Shown: positions 1 through 13,021, numbered from the stretch's first letter. The stretch: DNA of 64,000 nt from Haliotis cracherodii (GCF_022045235.1 NW_027266265.1:14136001-14200000), one strand, 5' to 3'. The notes: generated by a model from the sequence alone, not told the origin. Program-made: numbers and translations.

Positions 1-1361
1 TCCCCAGTTTGTCTTACATTAACGTGTTCCCGGTCTATCTGCCATAAGTGTGTCCTCAGTCTGTCTGACATAAATGTGCCCCAAGTCTATCTGACATAAG
101 TGTGTCCCCAGTCTGTCAGTCATACGTGTGTCCCCAGTCTGTCTGACATAAATGTGTCCCCAGTCTGTCTGACATAAGTGTGTCCTCAGTCTGTCTGTCA
201 TAAGTATCCCCAGTCTGTCTGACATAAGTGTGTCCTCAGTCTGTCTGTCATAAGTATCCCCAGTCTGTCTGACATAAGTGTGTCCCCAGTCTGTCTGACA
301 TAAGGGTGTCCCCAGTCTGTCAGTCATACGTGTGTCCCCAGTCTGTCTGACATAAATGTGTCCCCAGTCTGTCTGACATAAGTGTGTCCTCAGTCTGTCT
401 GTCATAAGTATCCCCAGTCTGTCTGACATAAGTGTGTCCTCAGTCTGTCTGTCTTAAGTATCCCCAGTCTGTCTGACATAAGTGTGTCCCCAGTCTATCT
501 GACATAAGGGTGTCCCCAGTCTGTCAGTCATACGTGTGTCCCCAGTCTGTCTGACATAAATGTGTCCCCAGTCTGTCTGACATAAGTGTGTCCTCAGTCT
601 GTCTGTCATAAGTATCCCCAGTCTGTCTGACATAAGTGTGTCCTCAGTCTGTCTGTCATAAGTATCCCCAGTCTGTCTGACATAAGTGTGTCCCCAGTCT
701 GTCTGACATAAGTGTGTCCTCAGTCTGTCTGTCATAAGTATCCCCAGTCTGTCTGTCATAAGTATCCCCAGTCTGTCTGACATAAGTGTGTCCCCAGTCT
801 GTCTGACATAAGGGTGTCCCCAGTCTGTCTGTTATGAGTGTGTCCCCAGGCTGTCTGTCATGAGTGTGTCACCAGTCTGTCTGTCATAAGTATCCCAGTC
901 TGTCTGACATAAGTGTGTCCCCAGTCTGTCTGTCATAAGTGTGTCCCAAGTCTGTCTGTCATAAGTGTGTCCCCAGTATTTTTGACATACGTGTGTCCCA
1001 AGTCTGTTTGACATACGTGTGTCCCCAGTCTGTCTGACATACGTGTGTCCCCAGTCTGTCTGACATACGTGTGTGCCCAGTCTTTCTGCCATAAGTGTGT
1101 CCCCAGTCTGTCTGCCATACGTGTGTCCCCCGTCTGTCTGACATACGTGTGTCCTCAGTCTGTCTGTCATAAATGTGTCCCAATCTGTCTGACAGGCGTG
1201 TGTCCTCAAGCTGTCTGTAATAAGTGTGTCCCCAGTCTTTCTGTCATGAGTGTGTCCCCAGTTCCATCATAAGTTTGTCCCCAGTCTCTGACATAAATGT
1301 GTCCCCAATCTGTCTGACATACGTGTGTCACCAATCTGTCTGCCATACGTGTGTCCCCAGT
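1..1361. repeat. 26-bp minisatellite (CCCCAGTCTGTCTGACATAAGTGTGT)n, block before unit 1
   Basis: Direct tandem periodicity. Confidence 0.95.
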
Positions 1362-1827
1362 TGGGAACTTCTCTAAACCTATTCTACAGAATCGAGCAGC
1401 ATATTTAGTGCGGATCATCTTATGTCAGACAGCACGTTAACTCGAGATGAATGTCACGTCTATTACAACCTGGAGCGTTAGGTGAAAAGTTAACGCACTA
1501 GAAGAGCTTCCTGTCAACTATTATACCAGAAACTCAACAGTGAATATTTGATGACAAATGTTGACTGTGAACAACTTACTGACATATATGTGAACGCTAT
1601 GGATTTGTTTTGAATCAATACTGGCTGTTGTGTGTAATATAACACAAACAATATGAGAAAAAGACACGGACATAATATTTTTATGACGAATCACAGGCTT
1701 GCTCTGGTATTCAGTGGAGAGTGCACCCAAACAAAAGGGACACAACTCCGCATTGACTAATTTCAGTCCAGTGTAACCCTGCAGCCATGATGGAATTTGT
1801 GGATGATAGCGATTCTTTTTCCAAGTG

Positions 1828-1999
1828 ACGAAGTGAGTGAGTGAGTATGGTTTTACGCAGCTTTTAGCAATATTCCAGCAATATCACGGCGGGGGACACC
1901 AGAAATGAGCTTCACACATTGTACCCATGTCGGGAATCGAACCCGGGTCTTCGGCGTGACGAGCGAACGCTTTAACCACCAGGCTACCCCACAGTCCCA
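1828..1999 (-). mobile_element. tRNA-derived SINE (family A) upstream of gene copy 1
   Basis: Minus-strand A box (GTAGCCTGGTGG), B box (GGTTCGATTCC) and (ACTC)n tail; 11-bp TSD TTTTCCAAGTG at 1817-1827 and 2000-2010. Confidence 0.9.
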
Positions 2000-2281
2000 T
2001 TTTCCAAGTGTTTTGTTCACTTGTGATCTTAACTGTTCCACCTCGAGTTTCAAACTGTGAAATATATTATTATGAAATATCGACGCGTGTTAGGCGTGAG
2101 TGAAGCGCTTGGTTTTCTTAATGTAAAGTAATCATGGAATTAAAGATGCACCCTGACGTCTTTTACAGCTTTGACAGGAGACTTAATCTGTGCGTCTTCA
2201 ACACGCATAATTTGTTATGTGTCGTGAAGAGACGGAGCCCAGCTTACATAAAGCCGTATCGTGTATGGTGAACACTGTCAG

Positions 2282-2469
2282 TGACGTCATAGACAGAAAC
2301 AGTGGAAATGACGTCACAGAATGGTTCCATGACGACGTTGATGGTTCCCAAATCAGTCGCCGACACAACTTGGTGGTGTTCAGACGTACATGTGTTGCTG
2401 TTGAAAAACTTCACATTTGTTGCTGGTCTGTGTCTACTTGCACAAGTCTACACCTCATCTCAGTATTAG
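2282..2469 (+). promoter_or_regulatory. Putative promoter and non-coding exon 1 of the array gene (present in every unit)
   Basis: Two perfect CRE palindromes TGACGTCA (2282-2289, 2309-2316), an Inr-like TCAGTC (2353-2358), then a strong donor AG|GTAAG at 2469/2470 that can splice to the acceptor directly before the ATG. Confidence 0.55.
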
Positions 2470-2673
2470 GTAAGCAATGCCAGTTTAACTCCTACTGTTG
2501 GTTTACTTTTACTGATAGCGTTTGTTTCCTAACCCTCGTTCACATCTATATTTCATGGCTCTGAAATTCTTTATCAATAAATTACCTTTGTATTAAATGA
2601 CACTCCGTCTCCAATGTAATTACGGAACTCAAATAATTCCTAAATTCAAATGTGATTATGTTTTGTCCCACAG

Positions 2674-3795
2674 ATGAAGATGTATCCACAAGAACGACTG
2701 AAGAGTAGGAAACTACTCTCCCCCATACTCGAGGCGAACGAGCGTCAGTCTAACCCTCGTAGTCCACGAACGCCAGAACTGCATCAAGATTTACTTGGTA
2801 GGAGATCCTGAATTTATGATACAAAACAAATTAAATGCAAGACATCATCACTTGATGTGTTTGTTTGAAGCAATTACAGTTACATTCCAAGTATGTCTTT
2901 ATATAACAGTGGAATCGAGTCGGGTGTTTGTACTTTTGTTTTTGTTTTCGTTTCCAGTTCAGTACATGGACCTGAAATCTCAAGTCGGAAATTTGGAGGA
3001 AAGGTAGGCACAGTCTCGTTTAATATTCATGAACGTTCGTCTAAAATATACAAAAGGAAAAACAAGAAATGTGCATCTCATTCAAATATCATAGATAAAA
3101 TGACTTTGAGAAACGATATCTTCTAAACTATCGACATATCTTTTTTCAGTCTTCTCGATCACCTTTTCAATGAGAACCAGAAGCTGAGAGAGGAGAACGA
3201 GCGACAGGCCCGACAACTTCGGGAGGACAACGCCTTAAGGCTGAAAGTTGAGTCGGAGAGGCAGGACTATAGGCTGGAGTATTTCAACTACCGTCTCAGT
3301 TACACAATGGCGCAGGCTGAGCTCCAGGAACTGAAACAGACGCTAGAGGGACTGGCGGGGGACTGGGAGAAGGAGAAGCGGACAGAGATGGAGCAGAGGA
3401 AGAAGCTGGAGGAAGAGCTGGCAGCTCTCCAGCACCAGACTGCCCCTCTGACCTGTCACACTCCTGGCAATAAGCGGACCTGTTCCTCCAGCGTCAGTCC
3501 TCCAGTTCAACCAAGGAAGGCTCGAAGACCTTACACAGGAAAGTCAAAGGACAAGGTTCCAAGCAGGATCTCACATGTGAAGACAGACTTCTCTGCTTCC
3601 GGTGACAACTTGGTGCAGGCCAAGGCCACAGATAAGAATGAAACCAAGTTGAAGGTCACTTCCAGTGTTAGATCCATTCTGAAAGACACCAAGACAGGAC
3701 AGGGTGCTGAAAGGAAACCAACCAGATCCTCCAGGAACCTTTCTGTTAGATTCACAAAGGAAATGCCAGTTGGAAAGATCCGTCGCGAAATGTAA
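2674..3795 (+). CDS. Array gene copy 1: 271-aa uncharacterised coiled-coil protein with LSPILE, SILK and LSVRF motifs; exons 2674-2797, 2958-3003, 3150-3795
   Basis: GT-AG introns with pyrimidine tracts (cccacag|ATG, G|gtagga, tttccag|TT, AG|gtaggc, ttttcag|T). Phases 1 and 2 join into one 816-nt frame: MKMYPQERLKSRKLLSPILE...VQYMDLKSQVGNLEESLLDHLFNENQKLREE...MAQAELQEL...KIRREM*. The structure is conserved in all 8 copies. Confidence 0.85.
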
Positions 3796-5149
3796 TTACG
3801 ACCCTCGCCACAAGTAACAAACTTTATAAACTGTTTAATTGTTGGTTCTTTAATTCATATTGATTTCACATTCTTGTAATTCCGTGTGTAAAATAATCGC
3901 TGACTATGTTGTGCATGTGTCAGTGTTTCTCTGTTAACATCTGGGTAATATATCACGTTACTGAAGAAACTGCTTTGTGTTTGTACTTACAACCTCATCA
4001 ATTATGTGGGAAGTCAATGATCACCTCTCAACTCTGACCAGGATGATGCATGTCCGTCATGCCCCAAAGTCGTGGGTCGATGCTCACACTTTTTACCACT
4101 GGTTTGCCTGCTCCCGTGCAGACACTGTCATGCTACGCGTCACGATACTAAATCCGTACGTCACACGTGTTTCGCATTCGTGACTAACTGTCACGCTTCG
4201 CGGGAATAGATCACGATAGATGAAAGTTGATGAAGAAAACAAATACTTTCATATTTATCTTTAGGTTTATATCGAACACTGAAGCTAAAAGGTCATATAT
4301 ATTTCTTCTCACGGAGTAATTAGCTACAGGACGCAATTCGTTACATGTTCAATGAGTGAGTATACACCCTGACACAAGGTAGACAACTCTGTTCCCCTTA
4401 TTTCGTGGAGGGACATGAAATGTTGGAAACATGATTTAGTTCCCCAAATTTCTTCTTTCTTTTCCTTCAAAATAGCATGACATTCCCTCGGATTAACATT
4501 TGTTCGTTGGGAACATGGAAGCAGGTTGTTTTCTACATAAATCGAAAATAATAGATGAGATATTATACACTGTGTCGTAATAACTATATTAATGGTCATG
4601 AAATCATTTTGAAATGGATTAATAAGTCCCTATTTAGTTACTGACATGGGTCTATAGAGTGAAGAATACCGAGTTCGTCATTGACCCTTTGAACCTTCAC
4701 CCGCCTTTGTGACCGATGTTTGTTAACCAGTTTTTATACATGCGCATATGGCATGCATATCTACGTTATAGATATCTTTGCAAATGTAGCGTATAAACGT
4801 AAATTTACAAAGATATGCCCAGTGCAGCTATATCTCAAGACAAGCGAGTGTGCCGCCACTCTGTCTGACGTGATGTGCCACTGTACTGTGCCTCCAATCT
4901 GTATAAATATAGTGTGCCCCCACCTGTCTACAGTAATTGTGCCACCACTCTGTCTGAGGGAATGTGCCACTGTACTGTGCCTCCAATCTGTTTAAATATA
5001 GTGTGCCCCACCTGTCTATAGTAATTGTGCCCCCAGTTTGTCTGACGTAATGTGCACAAGTCCAGTTTTTCTATATGACCATTTTGCAGGAATATTTACG
5101 CTTCGCATATCGGTTCAAATGCAGGGTAAAAACGTATTTTTTCATTTAT

Positions 5150-6475
5150 CTCCAGTCTGTCTGACATAAGCGTGTCCCCAGTCTGTCTGACATGAGCGTG
5201 TCCCCAGTTTGTCTGACATAAGCGTGTCCCCAGTCTGTCTGACATAAGCGTGTCCCCAGTCTGTCTGACATATGTGTGTCCCCAGTCTGTCTGACATAAA
5301 TGTGTCCCCAGTCTGTCTGGCATGAGTGTGTCTCCAGTCTGTCTGCCATATGTGTGTCCCCAGTCTGTCTGTCATAAGTGTGTCCCCAGTCTGTCTGTCA
5401 TGAGTGTGTCCCTAGTGTTTTTGACATACGTGTGTCCCCCGTCTGTCTGACATACGTGTGTCCCCCGTCTGTCTGACATACGTGTGTCCCCCGTCTGTCT
5501 GTCATAAGTGTGTCCCCAGTCTGTCTGTCATACGTGTGTCTCCAGTCTGTCTGTCATACGTGTGTCTCCAGTCTGTCTGTCATAAGTGTGTCTCCAGTCT
5601 GTCTGACATACGTGTGTCCCCCGTCTGTCTGACATACGTGTGTCCCCAGTCTGTCTGTCATAAGTGTGTCCCCCGTCTGTCTGACATACGTGTGTCCCCC
5701 GTCTGTCTGACATACGTGTGTCCCCAGTCTGTCTGTCATAAGTGTGTCCCCAGTCTGTCTGTCATACGTGTGTCTCCAGTCTGTCTATCATAAGTGTGTC
5801 CCCCGTCTGTCTGACATACGTGTGTCCCCCGTCTGTCTGACATACGTGTGTCCCCAGTCTGTCTGTCATAAGTGTGTCCCCAGTCTGTCTGTCATACGTG
5901 TGTCTCCAGTCTGTCTATCATAAGTGTGTCCCCAGTCTGTCTGACATTAGTGTGTCTCCAGTCTGTCTATCATAAGTGTGTCCCTAGTCTGTCTGATATA
6001 AGTGTGTCCCCAGTCTGTCTGTCATACGTGTGTCCCCAGTCTGTCTGTCATACGTGTGTCCCCAGTCTGTCTGTCATAAGTGTGTCCCCAGTCTGTCCGA
6101 CATAAGTGTGTCCCCAGTCTGTCTGACATAAGTGTGTCCCAATCTGTCTGAGAGACGTGTGTCCTCAAGCTGTCTGTAATAAGTGTGTTCCCAGTCTTTC
6201 TGTCATGAGCGTGTCCCCAGTTCCATCATAAGTTTGTCCCCAGTCTCTGACATAAATGTGTCCTCAGTCTGTCTGACATAAATGTGTCCCCAGTCTGTCT
6301 GACATAAGTGTGTCCCCATTTTGTCTGACTTAAGTGTGTCCCCAGTCTGTCCGACTTAAGTATGTCCCCAGTCTGTCTGACAGAAATGTGTCCCATGTTT
6401 GTCTGACATGTGTTTCCCCAGTCTATCTGACATAAGTGTGTCCCCAGTCTGTCTGACATAAGTGTGTTCCCAGTT
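5150..6475. repeat. 26-bp minisatellite block before unit 2
   Basis: Same monomer. Confidence 0.95.
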
Positions 6476-6939
6476 GGGAACTTCACCAAACCTATTCTAC
6501 AGAATCGAGCAGCATCTTTAGTATGGATCATCTTATGTTAGACAGCACGTTAACTCGAGATGAATATCACGTCTATTACAACCTGGAGCGTAATTAAAAA
6601 CGCTAACGCACTAGAAGAGCTTCCTGTCAACTATTCAAACAGAAAAACTCAACAGTGAATATTTGATGACAAATGTTGACTGTGAACATCTTACTGGCAT
6701 ATTTGAAAGCTATGGATTTGTTTTGAATCAATACGGGCTGTTGTGTGTAATATAACACAAACAATATGAGAAAAGACACGGACATAATATTTGTACGACG
6801 GATCACAGGCTTGTTCTGGTATTCAGTGGAGAGTCTGCCCAAACAAAAGGGACACAACTCCGCATTGACAAATTTTAATCCAGTGTAACCCTGCAGTCAT
6901 GATGTAATTTGTGGATGATAGCGATTCTTTTTCCAAGTG

Positions 6940-7107
6940 CGTAAGTGAGTGAGTATGGTTTTACGCAGCTTTTAGCAATATTCCAGCAATATCACGGCGG
7001 GGGACACCAGAAATGAGCTTCACACATTGTACCCATGTCGGGAATCGAACCCGGGTCTTCGGCGTGACGAGCGAACACTTTAACCACCAGGCTACCCCGC
7101 CGTCCCA
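6940..7107 (-). mobile_element. SINE family A (unit 2 copy)
   Basis: Same position and TSD as in unit 1. Confidence 0.85.
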
Positions 7108-7780
7108 TTTTCCAAGTGTTTTATTCACTTGTGATCTTACTGTTTAACCTCGAGTTTCAAACTGTGAAATATACTATTATGAAATATCGACGCGTGTTAG
7201 GTGTGAGTGAAGCGCTTGGTTTTCTTAATGTAAAGTAATCATGGAATTAAAGATGCACCCTGACGTCTTTTACAGCTTTGACAGGAGACTTAATCTGTGC
7301 GTCTTCAACACGCATAATTTGTTATGTGTCGTGAAGAGACGGAGCCCCGCTTACATAAAGCCGTATCGTGCATGGTGAACACTGTCAGTGACGTCATAGA
7401 CAGAAACAGTGGAAATGACGTCACAGAATGGTTCCATGACGACGTTGATGGTTCCCAATCAGTCGCCGACACAACTTGGTGGTGTTCAGACGTACATCTA
7501 TTGCTCCTGCAAAACTTCACATTTGTTGCTGATCTGTGTCTACTTGCACAAGTCTACACCTCATCTCAGTATTAGGTAAGCAATGTCAGTTTAACTCCTA
7601 CAGTTGGTTTACTTTTACTGATAGCGTTTGTTTTCTAACCCTCGTTCACATCTATATTTCACGGCTCTGAAATTTGTTATCGGTAAATTACCTTTGTATT
7701 AAATGACACTCCGTCTCCAATGTAATTACGGAACTCAAATAATTCCTAAATTCAAATGTGATTATTTTTTTGTCCCACAG

Positions 7781-8903
7781 ATGAAGATGTATCCACAAGA
7801 ACGACTGAAGAGTAGGAAACTACTCTCCCCCATACTCGAGGCGAACGAGCGTCAGTCTAGCCCTCGTAGTCCAAGAACACCAGAACTGCATCAAGATTTA
7901 CTTGGTAGGAGATCCTGAATTTATGATACAAAACAAATTAAATGCAAGACATCATCACTTGATGTGTTTGTTTGAAGCAATTACAGTTACATTCCAAGTA
8001 TGTCTTTATATAACAGTGGAATCGAGTCGGGTGTTTGTACTTTTGTTTTTGTTTTCGTTTCCAGTTCAGTACATGGACCTGAAATCTCAAGTCGGAGATT
8101 TGGAGGAAAGGTAGGCACAGTCTCGTTTAATATTCATGAACGTTCGTCTAAAATATACAAAAAGGAAAAACAAGAAATGTGCATCTCATTCAAATATCAT
8201 AGATAAAATTACTTTGAGAAACGATATCTTCTAAACTATCGACATATCTTTTTTCAGTCTTCTCGATCACCTTTTCAATGAAAATCAGAAGCTGAGAGAG
8301 GAGAACGAGCGACAGGCCCGACAACTCCGGGAGGACAACGCCTTAAGGCTGAAAGTTGAGTCGGAGAGACAGGACTATAGGCTGGAGTATTACAACTATC
8401 GTCTCAGTTACACAATGGCGCAGGCTGAGCTCCAGGAACTGAAGCAGACGCTAGAGGCACTGGCGGGGGACTGGGAGAAGGAGAAACAGACAGAGATGGA
8501 GCAGAGGAAGAAGCTGGAGGAAGAGCTGGCAGCTCTCCAGCGCCAGACTGCCCCTCTGACCTGTCACACTCCTACCAATAAGCGGACCAGTTCCTCCAGC
8601 GTCAGTCCTCCAGTTCAACCAAGGAAGGCTCGAAGACCTTACACAGGAAAGTCAAAGGACAAGGTTCCAAGCAAGATCTCACATGTCAAAACAGACTTCT
8701 CTGCTTCCGGTGACAATTTGGTGAAGGCCAAGGCCACAGATATAAATGAAACCAAGTTGAAGGTCACTCCTGGTGTAAGATCCATTCTGAAAGACACCAA
8801 GAGGGGACAGGATGCTGAAAAGAAGCCAACCCGGTCCTCCAGGAACCTTTCTGTTAGATTCACAAAGGAAATGCCAGTTGGGAAGATCCGTCACGAAATG
8901 TAA
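7781..8903 (+). CDS. Array gene copy 2 (exons 7781-7904, 8065-8110, 8258-8903)
   Basis: Same splice sites and exon sizes (124/46/646 nt) as copy 1; open frame. Confidence 0.85.
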
Positions 8904-9541
8904 TTACGACCCTCCCCACAAGGAACAAACTTTATAAACTGTTTAATTGTTGGTTCTTTAATTCATATTGATTTCACACTCTTGTAATTCCGTGTGTAAA
9001 ATAATCGCTGATTATCTTGTGCATGTGTCAGTGTTTCTCTGTTAACATCTGAGTAATATATCACGTTACTGAAGAAACTGCTTTGTGTTTGTATTTACAA
9101 CCTCATCAATTATGTGGGAAGTCAATGATCACCTCTTAACTCTGACCAGGATGATGCATGTCCGTCATGCCCCAAAGTCGTGGGTCGATGCTCACACTTT
9201 CTACCACTGGTTTGCCTGCTCCTGTGCACACACTGTCACGCTTCGCGAATAGATCACGATAGATCGGTATGGGGCGTTAAATTAGTTTGAAATTAACCTT
9301 AAATTTAATCTATGCATGGAGAAAATTGAATGTGTCTATATTCGCTATACAGAAATTTGTAAAAGAGATATGAAATGTCTTGTTGAAAGTTGATAAATAA
9401 ATCAAATACTTTCCTATTTGCCTTTAGGTTAATATCGAACCCTGATGCTAAATAGTCATATTTATTACCCACATGGTGAAGATACAGGACTACTTTTTTC
9501 ATTCATAAGATTTTGCGAGACGTCATTCATTTTGGGTTTAG

Positions 9542-9722
9542 TGAGTGAGTGAGTGAGTGAGTGAGTGAGTTTGAGTTTACGCCGCTTTTAGCAATGTTCC
9601 AGCAATATTACGGCGGGGGACACCAGAAATGGGCTTCACACATTGTACCCATGTTGGGATTCGAACCCGAGTCTTCGGCGTGACGAGCGAACGCTTTAAC
9701 CACTAGGCTACCCGACCGCCCC
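9542..9722 (-). mobile_element. SINE family A, independent insertion in the unit-2 spacer
   Basis: tRNA head and long (GAGT)n tail on +; imperfect TSD TTTTG(G/T)GTTTAG. Confidence 0.85.
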
Positions 9723-10562
9723 TTTTGTGTTTAGAATACAGTACCACAGCTTCTTGTGAAGACGATCGCTGCCGTATGTCACGTGTCTCAAAGACAAGCA
9801 ACTAGTTTTAAAGAACTCGCGACCTTCGTATTGTTAGCCCGATAGCGAACCGACTGAGCAACGTCCACAAGTGAAACTTGTGCAAATTTACCTTGTCATG
9901 AATACGCCGTTACGGAACTGAACGAACATTTTTAGATGCAAGATATGTAAAATCAAAAATTATTTCTGGGGGATTCTTTGACGAAGAACTTGAAATCATA
10001 CGCGCATTCTGATTGGTTTGTTGTATTTTCGCACATAACATTCATCGATAGAGTCTTCTTGGAGGTTACGGAAAGGGGCGAGTGGTGACGAATGTCGTGA
10101 CTGTAGTCTACGGACACCTACGAGTGATCCCGATGCCATTTGGCACACTCGTCCCATTCCGTAATCTACAAGATACTGAGTGGTGAGGAATGAGCCGATA
10201 TGGCGAGAACTCAAAACGGCTCTTGGCGTCAAACGTCAGACGTCGAACCTGCGGTTACGCATGAATGACATGGAATTTAATCAATCGTCGGGTGATTTTT
10301 GTGACAGAAAAGTGTGGTAGAGAATACTGTAAGGATAATGTGGATAATTGTTAGGAACGAGGGAGGCATAAGCATGGCTAGTGACGACACAAGGGTGAGT
10401 TCGCTTTTAAATCAGTACTTAATAAATGTAGCGTGTATACAGTTTCCAGTAGCCAAAATATTCGACAGAAAACCATTTCATCTTTTTTTCTCGACGTTTT
10501 TGTGTGAAGAATATTAGGAGCATCTATAGAATCAACAATAGCCACTAAACGGGTACCGGAGC

Positions 10563-11766
10563 ACCTTTAGAATACAGTACCACAACTTCTCGTGAGGACG
10601 ATCTCTGCCGAAAGTCACATGTCTCAAAGACAAGCAACTAGTTTTTGTGAGAATCCGTCGGACGCGAACCCGCGACCTTCCGATTGTTAGCCCGACAGTT
10701 TACCGTCTGAGCTACGTCCACAAGCAACCAGTTTTTGTGAGAATCCGTCGGACGCGAACCCGCGACCTTCGGATTGTTAGCTCGCCACTGAGCTGCGTCC
10801 CCACTGTGAAACAAAGTGCAAATTGACCTAGTCATGCCCATGACGTTACGGAACTGAACGAAAAGGGTCGAATAGGTGACGGACACTTACGAAGTTTACG
10901 GGTAGGCATGGTGTCTCGTGACTTTAGTCTACGGACACTTACGAATGATACCGATGCCATTTGGCACACTCGTCCCATTCCGTAATCTACAAGATACCTC
11001 GTGGTGATGAATGAGCCGATATGGCGCGAACTGAAAACGGCTCCAGGTGATTTTTGTGACAGAAAAGTGTTGTGGGGAACACTGTAAGGATGAACGAGGG
11101 AGGCACCCTGGCTTGTGTGAATGTTCCAGGACAGTTTCCAGTAGCCAAAATAGTCGACACAAAACCATTGCATCCTTTATACTCGACGTTTTTGTGTGAA
11201 GAATATAAGGAGCCTCTATAGAATCTATAACAGCCACTAAACGATTACCTAACCCTAATGTTTGTAAAGGGGATCCAAGGGCTAAGGATAGAGTTCGGGG
11301 TAACCTACCCTAACACTGGCGACATTTGGATGTGTTCAGCGATATCCCTTATAATCTGCATTCTTGTGCATAATAATGAAAATTAATGAACCGGAAAAAT
11401 AATATATGTATATTAGTTCCCATTTATAACCATTTTTAGCTGCTTGAATTACGAGAAATACGAAATAAAAAATATATAAAAAATAAAAGTGCTTTCGTAA
11501 ACTAGCGCTTGTTCTAAAATACGCCGCCGCAGGCTAAATATAGCAACATATATGTTTATATAGCATATAAACAAATATTCAAAACTCTCAACACCGCTGG
11601 GCGTATTCAATGACATTGCGTGTAGAGATGATAGATCACTGGGAGGAGCTTATGCACACTCATTGAACCCTGACGTCGCCGGTGTGACTGGCAACAAAAT
11701 ACTACAAATTACGTAATAGGGTATTGTCACGTGTTTGAAAAGTTTGTGGTACTGTATTCTAAAGGT
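10563..11766. mobile_element. Non-autonomous inverted-repeat-bounded element (MITE or Helentron-associated-like)
   Basis: Perfect 23-bp inverted repeat ACCTTTAGAATACAGTACCACAA at 10563-10585 and 11744-11766; no coding capacity; a diverged copy of its left ~0.7 kb sits at ~9730-10550. Confidence 0.6.
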
Positions 11767-13021
11767 AGGGTCCCCATGAGCGTGACGCACCCGACCACTT
11801 TCGCAACTTTCAATTTGATTAACGTAAAGGGATAAGCGTGGTGAAGTGAGTCGGTTTAAACAATCTGGGCAGATATTTAGACTTACTTGGGATGTTCCGG
11901 TTGTGCCATCAGTGTCCCCTTCGAAGCGTATTTAGTGGCACTGTTTCGGGAGTTGTTTGTTCACGACTGTACGACCAGATCACTCAAAGTGAACATTTCC
12001 CATACAAATCATTCGAAAACTCCACTGAAGTGTGCCTAAATATCTGATTATGTGGCCCAAAATATCCCAAATGTGAACAATAACATTCCCCATCTCCAGC
12101 GTAAAACGCAGTGAGTAGATCACGGTTGTCTTTTCTTATTCCGGTGGTGACCTTGCCCTTCGTTCGAAGCTGTCACTGACATGCAAGCAGACCCGAGTTT
12201 GTTGATTCTCACGTCTTCAGTTATAGGGTGGTACAGTTAACATGAATGTCTTTGGCGAACACTCTGATTTCCCTCTTCCAAAATGGTTCGGACATGATAT
12301 AAATTCAGCTGATCATTTTGAATGCACAGACGGGACCCCGGCAGTGCGAGTGACCGACCCTTGGTCCGATATTCAAAGCGCGGCGCTAATGTGACATTTC
12401 AAATTTTCTTATAAAGGTTTCCTGCGTACTAACGACATGACTCTTGAACCTTAAGTTGAAGAAATTCTTCCAAAAGGATCTTGAGTGTCGGTGCTGATTT
12501 GTTTGCAAATACAACTGCAGGCGCATGTTGTTAATGCGTATACATAGAAATGTCAACATTGCCCATATATTGGGCATATATCAATATTCATGCGCAACCA
12601 GATTTTGCAACCGGTTTCAGTTTATTCTGTCAATGAACGAAAGTTGTTATGTATTTACACTTAAATATATATTCAACGTGGATCAGATACCATAGAAAGT
12701 CCATTCGTTTCGTTAAAATGGTATCTAACGAGAATGAGTGTAGTATTCTCTATATATTTCTTCTTACCGAGTAATTAGCTCCAGGAAGCAATACGTTACA
12801 TGTTCAATGAGAAAGAATAAACCCTGACACAAGGTAGGTAACTCTGTACCTCTTGTGCCGGTCATGCGTGGCTCTATTTCGGGCACAATGCAAAGAAGGG
12901 ACATGAAATGTTGGAAACAGTATTTCGTTTCCCAAATTTCTTCTCCTTTTCCCCTCAAAATAGCATGATATTCTCTCGGACTAATACGTTGGTTTCTACA
13001 TAAATAGAAAATAATATATTA

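Noticed and set aside
1-1361. CRISPR-like appearance of short repeats
   Set aside because: Contiguous monomers without unique spacers, no cas genes, eukaryotic context.
1473-1501. Helitron 3' end (hairpin + CTAG) after the satellite
   Set aside because: The hairpin is imperfect and not conserved among units, CTAG is followed by A rather than T, and no matching 5' end was found.
3307-3795. 162-aa ORF as a complete single-exon gene
   Set aside because: The frame is open 52 codons upstream to a splice acceptor; it is the last exon of a 271-aa CDS.
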